Source: Macrostomum lignano | Lineage: Eukaryota | Direction of reading: 5' to 3' | Length of the DNA: 64,000 nucleotides | Assembly (NCBI GenBank): GCA_002269645.1 | Contig: NIVC01000633.1 | Location: 310,001 to 374,000 of the forward strand | Part shown: positions 9,768-23,944 of the stretch, in pieces | Position numbering within the stretch: the first letter of the stretch is position 1 | Layout: each line of letters starts with the position of its first letter | Notes under the pieces: model-generated | What the model was told of the DNA's origin: nothing | Database searches by the model: none | What the model saw: only the letters and a program-made list of their open reading frames with translations | Program-made: the position numbers and the translations under genes

Positions 9768-12700
9768 ATGACGGAGGACAACCAGCACGAGGCCTTCGTG
9801 CCCGAGCCCGAGTTCGAGGAGCCCTCCAAGGTGTCTCGGTGCGCCGCTTTCCTCCACTTTTTGTACAACAAGCAGACAGGCAAGGTCATGGGCCGCAGCG
9901 GCATGTCCTGGCTGAAGATCCTCATCTTCTACACCATCTTCTACAGCTGCTTGGCCGGCTTCTTTGTGGGCATGCTGTCCGTCTTCATGTACGGCGTGCT
10001 GGTGGACAACCAGCCTCACCGCACTGGTAAATCTCCTTGCTGCTCATACTAAGGGGAGTACACAGTTGCTGGGCCAGCCTCCCAGATCCTCAGTTGCTGG
10101 GCCAGCCTCCCAGCTCCTCAGTTGCTGGGCCAGCCTCCCAGATCCTCAGTTGCTGGGCCATCCTCCCAGCTCCTCAGTTGCTGGGCCAGCCTCCCAGATC
10201 CTCAGTTGCTGGGCCAGCCTCCCAGATCCTCAGTTGCTGGGCCAGCCTCCCAGCTCCTCAGTTGCTGGGCCAGCTTCGCAGCTCCTCAGTTGCTGGGCAA
10301 GCCTCCCAGAGTGTCAGTTGCTGGGCCAGCCTCCCAGCTTCTCAGTTGCTGGGCCAGCCTCCCAGCTCCTCAGTTGCTGGCCCAGCCTCCCAGCTCCTCA
10401 GTTGCTGGGCCAGCCTCCCAGATCCTCAGTTGCTAGACCAGCTTTCTAGATCCTCAGTTGCTGGGCCAGCTTCGCAGCTCCTTAGTTGCTGAGCCAGCCT
10501 CCCAGATCCTCAGTTACTGGGCCAGCCTCCCAGATCCTCAGTTGCTGGGCAAGCCTCCCAGCTCCTCATTTGCTGGGCCAGCCTCCCAGCTCCTCAGTTG
10601 CTGGGCCATCCTCCCAGCTCCTCAGTTGCTGGGCAAGCCTCCCAGCTCCTCAGTTGCTGGGCCAGCCTCCCAGATCCTCAGTTGCTGGGCCAGCCTCCCA
10701 GCTCCTCAGTTGCTGGGCAAGCCTCCCAGCTCCTCAGTTGCTGGGCCAGCCTCCCAGATCCTCAGTTGCTGGGCCAGCTTCGCAGCTCCTCAGTTGCTGG
10801 GCCAGCCTCCCAGCTCCTCAGTTGCTGGGCCAGCCTCCCAGCTCCTCAGTTGCTGGGCCAGCCTCCCATCTCCTCAGTTGCTGAGCCAGCCTCCCAGATC
10901 CTCAGTTGTTGGGCCAGCCTCCCAGCTCCTCAGTTACTGGGCCAGTCCCCCACAGTGTCAGCTGCTGCGCCAGCCTCCCAGATACTCAGTTGCTGGGCCA
11001 GCCTCCCAGAGTGTCAGTTGCTGGGCCAGCCTCCCAGCTCCTCAGTTGCTGGGCAAGCCTCCCAGCTCCTCATTTGCTGGGCCAGCCTCCCAGCTCCTCA
11101 GTTGCTGGGCCAGCCTCCCAGAGTGTCAGTTGCTAGGCCAGCCTCCCAGAGTGTCAGTTGCTGGGCCAGCCTTCCAGATTCTCAGCCTTCCAGATCCTCA
11201 GTTGCTGTGCCACTGCCACTGCACTTTTCCATATCACAGAATCCGAACTCTAGCCGTGAATCTGGGACCCTGGCCGCTCACTATCCAGTCTGGAATCTCA
11301 CCCCACCCCCACCCCACCCCCCACTGTCAGGCGACAACTCGCTGCTGCAGATGAACCCCGGCCTGGGCTTCCGGCCGCAGCCGGACATGAGCAGCACCCT
11401 GATCGAGTTCACCGCCGGCAAGCCGGGCTCCTACGCCCGCCTGGTGGCCAACATTCAGGAGCTGTTCGACACCTACAAGCGGATCGAGCTCAAGCCCGAG
11501 CAGGTGCATGTCCGCGCCGGCTGCCAGCCCGACAGCAAACCGGACGGCCAGCCGTTCAAGGTGAGTCTGGCTCGCCTTAATCCGGGGAATCTTTGCTATC
11601 TGCATTGGGTGCCCCATGTGTAAAATGGGATCTTGATGCTCAAAATGGTATCTTAATGCTCAAAATGGGAATCGGGATCTTAATGCTCAAAATGGGATCT
11701 TGATGCTCAAAATGGTATCTTAATGCTTAAAATGGGATCTTAATGCTCAAAATGAGATCTTGATGCTCAAAATGGGATCTTAATGCTCAAAATGGTATCT
11801 TAATGCTCAAAATGGGATCTTAATGCTCAAAATGGTATCTTAATGCTCAAAATGGGATCTTAATGCTCAAAATGGGATCTTGATGCTCAAAATGGTATCT
11901 TAATGCTCAAAATGGGATCTTAATGCTCAAAATGGGATCTTGATGCTCAAAATGGGATCTTAATGCTCAAAATGGTATCTTAATGCTAAAATGGGATCTT
12001 AATGCTCAAAATGAGATCTTGATGCTCAAAATGGGATCTTAATGCTCAAAATGGTATCTTAATGCTCAAAATGGTATCTTAATGCTCAAAATGGTATCTT
12101 AATGCTCAAAATGGGATCTTAATGCTCAAAATGGGATCTTAATGCTCAAAATGGGATCTTGATGCTCAAAATGGTATCTTAATGCTCAAAATGGTATCTT
12201 AATGCTCAAAATGGGATCTTGATGCTCAAAATGGTATCTTAATGCTCAAAATGGGAATCGGGATCTTAATGCTCAAAATGGGATATTGATGCTCAAAATG
12301 GTATCTTAATGCTCAAAATGGGATCTTAATGCTCAAAATGGGATCTTGATGCTCAAAATGGTATCTTAATGCTCAAAATGGTATCTTAATGCTCAAAATG
12401 GGATCTTGATGCTCAAAATGGTATCTTAATTCTCAAAAGGGGATCTTAATGCTCAAAATGGGATCTTGATGCTCAAAATGGTATCTTAATGCTCAAAATG
12501 GGAATCGGGATCTTAATGCTCAAAATGGGATCTTGATGCTCAAAATGGGATCTAACCGGATCTTGATGCTCAAAATGGGATCTTGATGCTCTAAATGGGA
12601 TCTTGATGCTCAAAATGGGATCTTGATGCTCTAAATGGGATCTTGATGCTCCAAATGGAATCTTGATGCTCAAAATGGGATCTTGATGCTCAAAATGGGA

Positions 12701-15700
12701 TCTTGATGTTCTAAATGGGATCTTGATGCTCTAAATGGGATCTTGATGCTCAAAATGGGATCTTGATGTTCTAAATGGGATCTTGATGCTCTTAATGGGA
12801 TCTTGATGCTTAAAATAATATCTCGATGGTCGAATAAGGATCTTAAAGCTTGAAATGGAATCTTAATGCTCAAAATGGGATCTTGATGCTCAAAATGGTA
12901 TCTTAATGCTCAAAATGGGATCTTAATGCTCAAAATGGGATCTTGATGCTCTAAATGGGATCTTAATGCTCAAAATGGGCTCAAAATGGGATCTTGATGC
13001 TCAAAATGGGATCTTGATGCTCTAAATGGGATCTTGATGCTCAAAATGGGATCTTGATGCTCTAAATGGGATCTTGATGCTCAAAATGGGATCTTGATGC
13101 TCTAAATGGGATCTTGATGCTCAAAATGGGATCTTGATGCTCGAATAAGGATCTTAATGCTCAAAATGGGATCTTAATGCTCAAAATGGGATCTTGATGC
13201 TCAAAATGGGATCTTGATGTTCTAAATGGGATCTTGATGCTCTTAATGGGATCTTGATGCTCAAAATGGGATCTTGATGCTCTAAATGGGATCTTGATGC
13301 TCCAACTGGAAATCCTGATGCTCTAAATGGGATCTTGATGCTCAAAATGGGATCTTGATGCTCCAAATGGAATCTTGATGCTCAAAATGGGATCTTGATG
13401 CTCAAAATGGGATCTTGATGCTCTAAATGGGATCTTGATGCTCCAAATGGAATCTTGATGCTCCAAATGGAATCTTGATGCTCAAAATGGAATCTTGATG
13501 CTCAAAATGGGATCTTGATGCTCAAAATGGGATCTTGATGCTCTAAATGGGATCTTGATGCTCTAAATGGGATCTTGATGCTCAAAATGGGATCTTGATG
13601 CTCGAATAAGGATCTTGATGTTCTAAATGGGATCTTGATGCTCTAAATGGGATCTTGATGCTCAAAATGGGATCTTGATGTTCTAAATGGGATCTTGATG
13701 CTCTTAATGGGATCTTGATGCTTAAAATAATATCTCGATGGTCGAATAAGGATCTTAAAGCTCGAAATGGAATCTTAATGCTCAAAATGGGATCTTGATG
13801 CTCAAAATGGTATCTTAATGCTCAAAATGGGATCTTAATGCTCAAAATGGGATCTTGATGCTCTAAATGGGATCTTAATGCTCAAAATGGGCTCAAAATG
13901 GGATCTTGATGCTCAAAATGGGATCTTGATGCTCTAAATGGGATCTTGATGCTCAAAATGGGATCTTGATGCTCTAAATGGGATCTTGATGCTCAAAATG
14001 GGATCTTGATGCTCTAAATGGGATCTTGATGCTCAAAATGGGATCTTGATGCTCGAATAAGGATCTTAATGCTCAAAATGGGATCTTAATGCTCAAAATG
14101 GGATCTTGATGCTCAAAATGGGATCTTGATGTTCTAAATGGGATCTTGATGCTCTTAATGGGATCTTGATGCTCAAAATGGGATCTTGATGCTCTAAATG
14201 GGATCTTGATGCTCCAACTGGAAATCCTGATGCTCTAAATGGGATCTTGATGCTCAAAATGGGATCTTGATGCTCAAAATGGGAATCTTGATGCTCGAAT
14301 AGGGATCAAGCTTGATACTCGAAATGGGATCAAATGCTCCTTCAAATTGCTCCTTCAAATTGCTCCTTCAAATAAGATCTTGATGGTCAAAATAGTATTT
14401 TGATCGTGTTTGGGATATTACGAGTATAAAGTACATTCAGCCCTTCCAACCCGCCAGGTCTGCAAGTTCAACTGGACCCGAGAGCTGCCCGACTGTCTGC
14501 CCGCAAACGACTTCGGCTATGCCTCTGGCCAGCCCTGTGTTGTGCTCAAGCTCAACAAGATCTTCGGCTGGCTGCCCGACCCGGTGGACGAGCGGGCGCC
14601 GCACGCGCTCGTTGAGTGCCACGGCGAGAACCCCGCCGACACCGAGAGCATCGGCGATGTCGCCTACCAGCCGTCCGTGTCGCTGGAGAACAATGCCACC
14701 GGCGAGGTCACCACCTACGGGTTCTTCAACCAGGCCTTCTATCCCTACCTCAAGCAGGTGCGAGCCGCCCCTGATCTGGCCTTCTGTCTACCCGCATCTA
14801 CCCCATATCTGTGCATCCATCCCATCTCTGTGCATCTATCCCATCTCCATGCATCCATCCCATCTCTGCATCTATCCTATCTCTGTGCATCTATCCCATC
14901 TCTGCATCTATCCTATCTCCATGCATCTATCCCATCTCTGCATCTATCCTATCTCTGTGCATCTATCCTATCTCTGTGCATTCATCCCATCTCCATGCAT
15001 CTATCCTATCTCTGTGCATCTATCCCACCTCTGTGCATCTATCCCATCTCTGTGCATCTATCCCATCTCTGTGCATCTATCCCATCTCCATGCATCCATC
15101 CCATCTCTGCATCTATCATATCTCTGTGCATCTATCCCATCTCTGCATCTATCCTATCTCCATGCATCTATCCCATCTCTGCATCTATCCTATCTCTGTG
15201 CATCTATCCTATCTCTGTGCATCTATCCTATCTCTGTGCATCTATCCCATCTCTATGCATCTATCCTATCTCCATGCATCTATCCCATCTCTGCATCTAT
15301 CCTATCTCTGTGCATCTATCCTATCTCTGTGCATCTATCCTATCTCTGTGCATCCATCCCATCTCCATGCATCTATCCTATCTCTGTGCATCTATCCTAT
15401 CTGTGTGCATCTATCCTATCTCTGTGCATCTATCCTATCTGTGTGCATCCATCCCATCTCTGCATCTATCCTATCTCTGCATCTATCCTATCTCTGCATC
15501 TATCCTATCTCTGTGCATCTATCCTATCTCTGTGCATCTATCCCATCTCCATGCATCTATCCTATCTCTGTGCATCTATCCTATCTGTGTGCATCTATCC
15601 TATCTCTGTGCATCCATCCCATCTCCATGCATCTATCCTATCTCTGTGCATCCATCCCATCTCCATGCATCTATCCTATCTCTGTGCATCTATCCCATCT

Positions 15701-15981
15701 CCATGCATCTATCCCATCTCTGTGCATTCATCCCATCGATGACATGCATCTATTCTATCTCCGTTTATCTACCCTATCTCCCGTCCCTGTCTACCCCTTC
15801 TCCCCGTGTTAATCTCCCGCAGATTGGCTACCGCGCCCCCCTGGTGGCCCTGAAGTTCAACAATCTGCGGCCCAACACGCTGGTGATGGTGGAGTGCGTG
15901 CTGCGCAACCTGCGCAACAGCCAGTACAGCAAGGTAGACAGGGAGGCCATGGCCCGCTTCGAGATCCTCATGAAGAAGTGA
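9768..15981 (+). CDS. ATP1B: Na+/K+-ATPase beta subunit, 315 aa, exons 9768-10026, 11331-11560, 14458-14757, 15823-15981
   Basis: Family motifs present: GRSGMSW.KILIFY..FY transmembrane anchor, NPGLGFRPQP, FGYASGQPCVVLKLNKIFGWLP, FYPY, YRAPLVALKF, and six extracellular Cys. All introns are GT-AG with matching phases 1, 0, 0. Confidence 0.95.
10063..11206. repeat. 28-bp minisatellite (CCTCAGTTGCTGGGCCAGCCTCCCAGCT), ATP1B coding intron 1
   Basis: Directly visible tandem array. Confidence 0.95.
11622..14331. repeat. 20-bp minisatellite (GGGATCTTGATGCTCAAAAT), ATP1B coding intron 2
   Basis: Directly visible tandem array containing a 912-bp higher-order duplication. Confidence 0.95.
14794..15765. 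repeat. 17-19-bp minisatellite (ATCTATCCCATCTCTGTGC), ATP1B coding intron 3
   Basis: Directly visible tandem array. Confidence 0.95.
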
Positions 15982-16703
15982 TGAGCATCGCAGAGAGCTG
16001 TGGAACATTCTAGCAACTCGTTGAACCAGTTGGCTTGCTAAATAAGTTAAAGGAATCTGTCATTTTTATGATCGAACTCATATTTATCGGATAATCTACT
16101 TGTGGCAGTAGTATGTGCCGTGTTAGACTTTTAAATTTTTCCTCGTCTCAATTGTTTCTAGTCAGTCAGCCAAGTCAGCGAGGGAGAACAGTTCGAATCT
16201 CATCGATAGTAAACTTGATTTCATTTGCTCTGGTCCGCAATAGTCCCGCACCGAGGCAATCTCAGCACTTTTTGTTTATTTCATTTTTATTATCTTAGAA
16301 AATAATTCGTTGCGTGAAGCATTGCTAAATAAATTTTCTTCTTTAGAATTTTTAAAAGTACATTGAAGCGACTATTTTAATATGTAGCTCTGAATAAAAA
16401 ATCACCCGATCCTCCCACTAGTCAGTCGTGCTTTACGAATGCAATGTTTTTAGTAGCAATATATTTATATACATATATCAATGGAAGTCATTTTTCTCAT
16501 GCTTTTCCTCTGCGCGTGTTTTATTCGCCTTCAAAAACTGCAACTCTTAACACCTGCCGAAGGTCTGCTGGCAGCTCGCTTTATTCTGAATTTTTTAGTG
16601 CTCTAATTATCTTCTTTTCTCATCTTCTATTTGCGATTTTATTGAGAAACTTATTCGCCTGAGTTAATTGGTTTGTTGGCATCTATGAAAAACCCCTTAC
16701 CCA

Positions 16704-17715
16704 AAATGTACACCCCAGCCCCTGGCCAACCCCCTACCCCTAATGTACACCCCAGCCCCTGGCCAACCCCTACCCCTAATGTACACCCCAGCCCCTGGCC
16801 AACCCCTACCCAAAATGTACACCCCGGCCCCTGGACAACCCCCTACCCCTAATGTACACCCCAGCCCCTGGCCAACCCCTACCCCTAATGTATACCACAG
16901 CCCCTGGCCAACCCCTACCCCTAATGTATACCCCAGCCCCTGGCCAACCCCCTTACCCACAAATTACACTCCAGCCCCTGGCCAACCCCCTACCCCTAAT
17001 ATACACTCCAGCCCCTGATCAATCCCCTTACCCACAATGTACACCCAGCCCCTGGCCAACCCCCTACCCCTAATGTACACTCCAGCCCCTGATCAACCCC
17101 CTTACCAACAATGTACACCCCAGCCCCTGGCCAACCCTCTTACCCACAATGTACACCCCAGCCCCTGGCCAACCCCCTTACCCACAAATTACACTCCAGC
17201 CCCTGGCCAACCCCCTACCCCTAATATACACTCCAGCCCCTGATCAATCCCCTTACCCACAATGTACACCCAGCCCCTGGCCAACCCCCTACCCCTAATG
17301 TACACTCCAGCCCCTGATCAACCCCCTTACCCACAATGTACACCCCAGCCCCTGGCCAACCCCTACCCCTAATGTATACCCCAGCCCCTGGCCAACCCCC
17401 TTACCCACAAATTACACTCCAGCCCCTGGCCAACCCCCTACCCCTAATATACACTCCAGCCCCTGATCAATCCCCTTACCCACAATGTACACCCAGCCCC
17501 TGGCCAACCCCCTACCCCTAATGTACACTCCAGCCCCTGATCAACCCCCTTACCAACAATGTACACCCCAGCCCCTGGCCAACCATCTTACCCACAATGT
17601 ACACCCCAGCCCCTGGCCAACCCTCTTACCCACAATGTACACCCCAGCCCCTGGCCAACCCTCTTACCCACAATGTACACCCCAGCCCCTGGCCAACCCT
17701 CTTACCCACAATCTA
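16704..17715. repeat. About 36-39-bp minisatellite (AATGTACACCCCAGCCCCTGGCCAACCCCTACCCCT)
   Basis: Directly visible tandem array. Confidence 0.95.
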
Positions 17716-18348
17716 CACTTACTCCTTTGTCATCCTTATGCCCTCACAATGTACATTTTGTTTTGTAGCGAAACCTTCCCAAACAATATTGGGATAATTT
17801 AGAAATTGTATCTATTCGAATAAGATAATTTTGGGAAATTACGCGAGTGATATTGTCTGTTTTTGTTTCACCTGCTAGTAGGCAAAATATTTTTTGCTGC
17901 CAATTTTCTCAGTGCTGCAATATAGTTGCTTTTTCGAACATCTGCTTTTGCTATTTATATGATTGCTTTCCCGAAGCAATATGTAGCGCTCCTCGGCGAT
18001 ATTGGCAAATTTGTTCCCGTCAGCAGAGCGATGGCTGGCGGCAAAGCTGTTTATTGGCTCCCTTTGCCCCCACTGTAGCTGTCTCCACCCTGTTCACCCA
18101 GTCTCGTAGCGCTCTGAATTTATTGCACATCACCGGCCGTCAATAAAACCGCCAGAGAAGCCACTTTCCCTGGCTTTTGTCACGCAAATTCAAATTGCAA
18201 GTCGAATAAGTTGGCCTTTGGTGACTAAACGAATTTCCGTGTTCTTGCTGCGCTTCACTGTCTCTCGTGTTTTGGCCTGGTTACTGTGAGATTGCTGGAA
18301 TTGTTTAATGCTTGCCGTAGGCATCTATAAGCTTGGATGCTCTATGGA

Positions 18349-21300
18349 CTGGGGGATCTTAAGATTGAGATGCAGGGACTGTGGGATCTTGGGATTGAGA
18401 TGCAGGGACTGTGGGATCTTGGGATTGAGATGAAGGGACTGTGGGATCTTAGGGTTGAGATGCAGGGACTGTGGGATCTTGGGATTGAGATGCAGGGACT
18501 GTGGGATCTTAAGATTGAGATGCAGGGACTGTGGGATCTTAAGATTGAGATGCAGGGACTGTGGGGATCTTGGGATTGAGATGCAGGGACTGTGGGATCT
18601 TGGGATTGAGATGCAGGGACTGTGGGATCTTGGGATTGAGATGCAAGGACTGTGGGATCTTAGGGTTGAGATGCAGGGACTGTGGGATCTTGGGATTGAG
18701 ATGCAGGGACTGTGGGATCTTGGGATTGAGATGCAGGGACTGTGGGGATCTTGGGATTGAGATGAAGGGACTGTGGGATCTTAGGGTTGAGATGCAGGGA
18801 CTGTGGGATCTTGGGATTGAGATGCAAGGACTGTGGGATCTTAGGGTTGAGATGCAGGGACTGTGGGATCTTGGGATTGAGATGCAAGGACTGTGGGATC
18901 TTGGGATTGAGATGCAAGGACTGTGGGATCTTAGGGTTGAGATGCAGGGACTGTGTGATCTTGGGATTGAGATGCAAGGACTGTGGGATCTTGGGATTGA
19001 GATGCAGGGACTGTGGGGATCTTGGGATTGAGATGCAGGGACTGTGGGGATCTTGGGATTGAGATGAAGGGACTGTGGGATCTTGGGATTGAGATGCAGG
19101 GACTGTGGGATCTTGGGATTGAGATGCAGGGACTGTGGGGATCTTGGGATTGAGATGCAGGGACTATGGGGATCTTGGGATTGAGATGCAGGGACTGTGG
19201 GGATCTTGGGATTGAGATGCAGGGACTGTGGGATCTTGGGATTGAGATGCAGGGACTATGGGGATCTTGGGATTGAGATGCAGGGACTGTGGGGATCTTG
19301 GGATTGAGATGCAGGGACTGTGGGGATCTTGGGATTGAGATGAAGGGACTGTTGGATCTTAGGGTTGAGATGCAGGGACTGTGGGGATCTTGGGATTGAG
19401 ATGCAGGGACTATGGGGATCTTGGGATTGAGATGCAGGGACTGTGGGATCTTGGGATTGAGATGCAGGGACTGTGGGATCTTGGGATTGAGATGTAGGGA
19501 CTGTGGATTGAGATGCAGGGACTGTGGGATCTTGGGATTGAGATGCAAGGACTGTGGGATCTTAGGGTTGAGATGCAGGGACTGTGGGATCTTGGGATTG
19601 AGATGCAAGGACTGTGGGATCTTGGGATTGAGATGCAGGGACTGTGGGGATCTTGGGATTGAGATGAAGGGACTGTGGGATCTTGGGATTGAGATGCAGG
19701 GACTGTGGGATCTTGGGATTGAGATGCAGGGACTGTGGGGATCTTGGGATTGAGATGCAGGGACTATGGGGATCTTGGGATTGAGATGCAGGGACTATGG
19801 GGATCTTGGGATTGAGATGCAGGGACTATGGGGATCTTGGGATTGAGATGCAGGGACTGTGGGGATCTTGGGATTGAGATGCAAGGACTGTGGGATCTTG
19901 GGATTGAGATGCAGGGACTGTGAGTGATATTGTGATTGAGACGCAGGGACTGTAGGATCTGGGAGATTGAGATGCAGGGACTGTGGGATCTTAAGATTGA
20001 GATGCAGGGACTGTGGGGATCTTGGGATTGAGATGAAGGGACTGTGGGATCTTAGGGTTGAGATGCAGGGACTGTGGGATCTTGGGATTGAGATGCAAGG
20101 ACTGTGGGATCTTGGGATTGAGATGCAGGGACTGTGGGATCTTGGGATTGAGATGCAGGGACTGTGGGATCTTGGGATTGAGATGCAGGGACTATGGGGA
20201 TCTTGGGATTGAGATGCAGGGACTGTGGGGATCTTGGGATTGAGATGCAGGGACTGTGGGGATCTTGGGATTGAGATGAAGGGACTGTTGGATCTTAGGG
20301 TTGAGATGCAGGGACTGTGGGATCTTGGGATTGAGATGCAGGGAATATGGGGATCTTGGGATTGAGATGCAGGGACTGTGGGATCTTGGGATTGAGATGC
20401 AGGGACTGTGGGATCTTGGGATTGAGATGCAGGGACTGTGGGATCTTGGGATTGAGATGCAGGGACTATGGGGATCTTGGGATTGAGATGCAAGGACTGT
20501 GGGATCTTGGGATTGAGATGCAGGGACTGTGGGATCTTGGGATTGAGATGCAGGGACTGTGGGATCTTGGGATTGAGATGCAGGGACCATGGGGATCTTG
20601 GGATTGAGATGCAGGGACTGTGGGGATCTTGGGATTGAGATGCAGGGACTGTGGGGATCTTGGGATTGAGATGTAGGGACTGTGGGATCTTGGGATTGAG
20701 ATGTAAGGTCTGTGAGTGATATTGTGATTGAGACGCAGGGACTGTAGGATCTGGGAGATTGAGATGCAGGGACTGTGGGATCTTGGGATTGAGATGCAGG
20801 GACTGTGGGATCTTGGGATTGAGATGCAGGGACTGTGGGATCTTGGGATTTAGATGCAGGGACTATGGGGATCTTGGGATTGAGATGCAGGGACTGTGGG
20901 ATCTTGGGGTTGAGATGCAGGGACTGTGGGATCTATGGATTGAGATGTAAGGTCTGTGAGTGATATTGTGATTGAGACGCAGGGACTGTAGGATCTGGGA
21001 GATTGAGATGCAGGGACTGTGGGATCTTGGGATTGAGATGCAGGGACTGTGGGATCTTGGGATTGAGATGCAGGGACTGTGGGATCTTGGGATTGAGATG
21101 CAGGGACTATGGGGATCTTGGGATTGAGACGCAGGGACTGTAGGATCTGGGAGATTGAGATGCAGGGACTGTGGGATCTTGGGATTGAGATGCAGGGACT
21201 GTGGGATCTTGGGATTGAGATACAGGGACTGTGGGATCTTGGGGTTGAGATGCAGGGACTGTGGGATCTGTGGATTGAGATGTAAGGTCTGTGAGTGATA

Positions 21301-22620
21301 TTGTGATTGAGACGCAGGGACTGTAGGATCTGGGAGATTGAGATGCAGGGACTGTGGGATCTTGGGATTGAGATGCAGGGACTATGGGGATCTTGGGATT
21401 GAGATGCAGGGACTGTGGGGATCTTGGGATTGAGATGCAGGGACTGTGGGATCTTGGGATTGAGATGCAGGGACTGTGGGATCTTGGGATTGAGATGCAG
21501 GGACTGTGGGATCTTGGGATTGAGATGCAGGGACTATGGGGATCTTGGGATTGAGATGCAGGGACTGTGGGGATCTTGGGATTGAGATGCAGGGACTGTG
21601 GGATCTTGGGATTGAGATGCAGGGACTGTGGGATCTTGGGATTGAGATGCAAGGACTGTGGGATCTTGGGATTGAGATGCAGGGACTGTGAGTGATATTG
21701 TCATTGAGACGCAGGGACTGTAGGATCTGGGAGATTGAGATGCAGGGACTGTGGGATCTTGGGATTGAGATGCAGGGACTGTGGGATCTTAAGATTGAGA
21801 TGCAGGGACTGTGGGATCTTAAGATTGAGATGCAGGGACTGTGGGGATCTTGGGATTGAGATGCAGGGACTGTGGGATCTTGGGATTGAGATGTAGGGAC
21901 TGTGGGATCTTGGGACTGAGATGTAGGGACTGTGGGGATCTTGGGATTGAGATGCAGGGACTGTGGGGATCTTGGGATTGAGATGAAGGGACTGTGGGAT
22001 CTTAGGGTTGAGATGCAGGGACTGTGGGATCTTGGGATTGAGATGCAAGGACTGTGGGATCTTGGGATTGAGATGCAGGGACTGTGGGGATCTTGGGATT
22101 GAGATGCAAGGACTGTGGGATCTTGGGATTGAGATGCAGGGACTATGGGGATCTTGGGATTGAGATGCAGGGACTGTGGGATCTTGGGATTGAGATGCAA
22201 GGACTGTGGGATCTTGGGATTGAGATGCAGGGATTGTGAGTGATATTGTGATTGAGACGCAGGGACTGTAGGATCTGGGAGATTGAGATGCAGGGACTGT
22301 GGGATCTTGGGATTGAGATGCAGGGACTGTGGGATCTTGGGATTGAGATGCAGGGACTATGGGGATCTTGGGATTGAGATGCAGGGACTGTGGGGATCTT
22401 GGGATTGAGATGAAGGGACTGTTGGATCTTAGGGTTGAGATGCAGGGACTGTGGGATCTTGGGATTGAGATGCAGGGACTATGGGGATCTTGGGATTGAG
22501 ATGCAGGGACTGTGGGGATCTTGGGATTGAGATGCAGGGACTGTGGGGATCTTGGGATTGAGATGAAGGGACTGTTGGATCTTAGGGTTGAGATGCAGGG
22601 ACTGTGGGATCTTGGGACTG
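18349..22620. repeat. 30-bp minisatellite (GGGATTGAGATGCAGGGACTGTGGGATCTT), about 4.3 kb
   Basis: Directly visible tandem array. Confidence 0.95.
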
Positions 22621-23182
22621 GAGCAGAAACTGACACCAGAAACTGGTAGCTGCATGAGGGAGCTGCGCCATTCATGGGTTCTGTTTAAGACCGGAGGGAA
22701 TTATAATTAAACCTGGATAATAATAGCTGGGGTTTTATATCCCGTCCATTATGCTAGTCGACACACCGTCTTGCTTCTCCGCTGACACGGAGACCCCCCG
22801 AGACAGGTATCAGCTAGCTTGAGCCGGATAAATCCTCGGCAAATATTTGACCTGCTGCTATCCGTAATTGCAGACTCGGGTAGCTTCGCCTTAAAACAAA
22901 AACCCGTTACGAACGTGGGCTCCTCAATGGCGTATGTATGTCTTGGTTGGCACTGAAGCATGGGGGATATGGCTGGCTTCCGGAGTCTATTTTCCTGCTA
23001 CGATCAGGAGGATTGGCTTGAGCATTTGTGTGAGCAGTGCCGTCTTGTACATGTGGTTTGGCAGTTCTTGTAGCATACATGTACATGTGCATGTGCACGC
23101 TTGAACGTTGACTTCATATTCATACTCGTCATACTCGTAGCGCATCGGCGACCTCAATCCAGTGCTTGCTCTCTAATTGTGC

Positions 23183-23940
23183 TGTCTTTTTCTGCCTGCC
23201 TGCCTGTCTTTTTCTGCCTGCCTGCCTGTCTTTTTCTGCCTGCCTGCCTGTCTTTTTCTGCCTGCCTGCCTGTCTTTTTCTGCCTGCCTGCCTGTCTTTG
23301 CCTGCCTGCCTGCCTGTCTTTTTCTGCCTGCCTGCCTGTCTTTGCCTGCCCGCCTGCCTGTCTTTTTCTGCCTGCCTGCCTGTCTTTTTCTGCCTGCCTG
23401 TCTGTCTTTTTCTGCCTGCCTGCCTGTCTTTGCCTACCTGCCTGTCTGTCTTTTTCTGCCTGCCTGCCTGTCTTTTTCTGCCTGCCTGCCTGTCTTTTTC
23501 TGCCTGCCTGCCTGTCTTTTTCTGCCTGCCTGCCTGTCTTTTTCTGCCTGCCTGTCTGTCTTTTTCTGCCTGCCTGCCTGTCTTTGCCTGCCTGCCTGCC
23601 TGCCTGTCTTTTTCTGCCTGCCTGCCTGCCTGTCTGTCTTTTCTGCCTGCCTACCTGTCTTTTTCTGCCTGCCTGTCTGTCTTTTTCTGCCTGCCTGCCT
23701 GTCTTTTTCTGCCTGCCTGCCTGCCTGTCTGTCTTTTCTGCCTGCCTGCCTGTCTTTTTCTGCCTGCCTGCCTGTCTTTTTCTGCCTGCCTGTCTGTCTT
23801 TTCTGCCTGCCTGCCTGTCTTTTTTTGCCTGCCTGTCTTTTTCTGCCTGCCTGTCTTTTTCTGCCTGCCTGCCTGTCTTTTTCTGCCTGCCTGCCTGTCT
23901 TTTTCTGCCTGCCTGCCTGTCTTTTTCTGCCTGCCTGTCT
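23183..23940. repeat. About 23-bp repeat (TCTGCCTGCCTGCCTGTCTTTTT)
   Basis: Directly visible tandem array. Confidence 0.95.
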
Positions 23941-23944
23941 GCAG

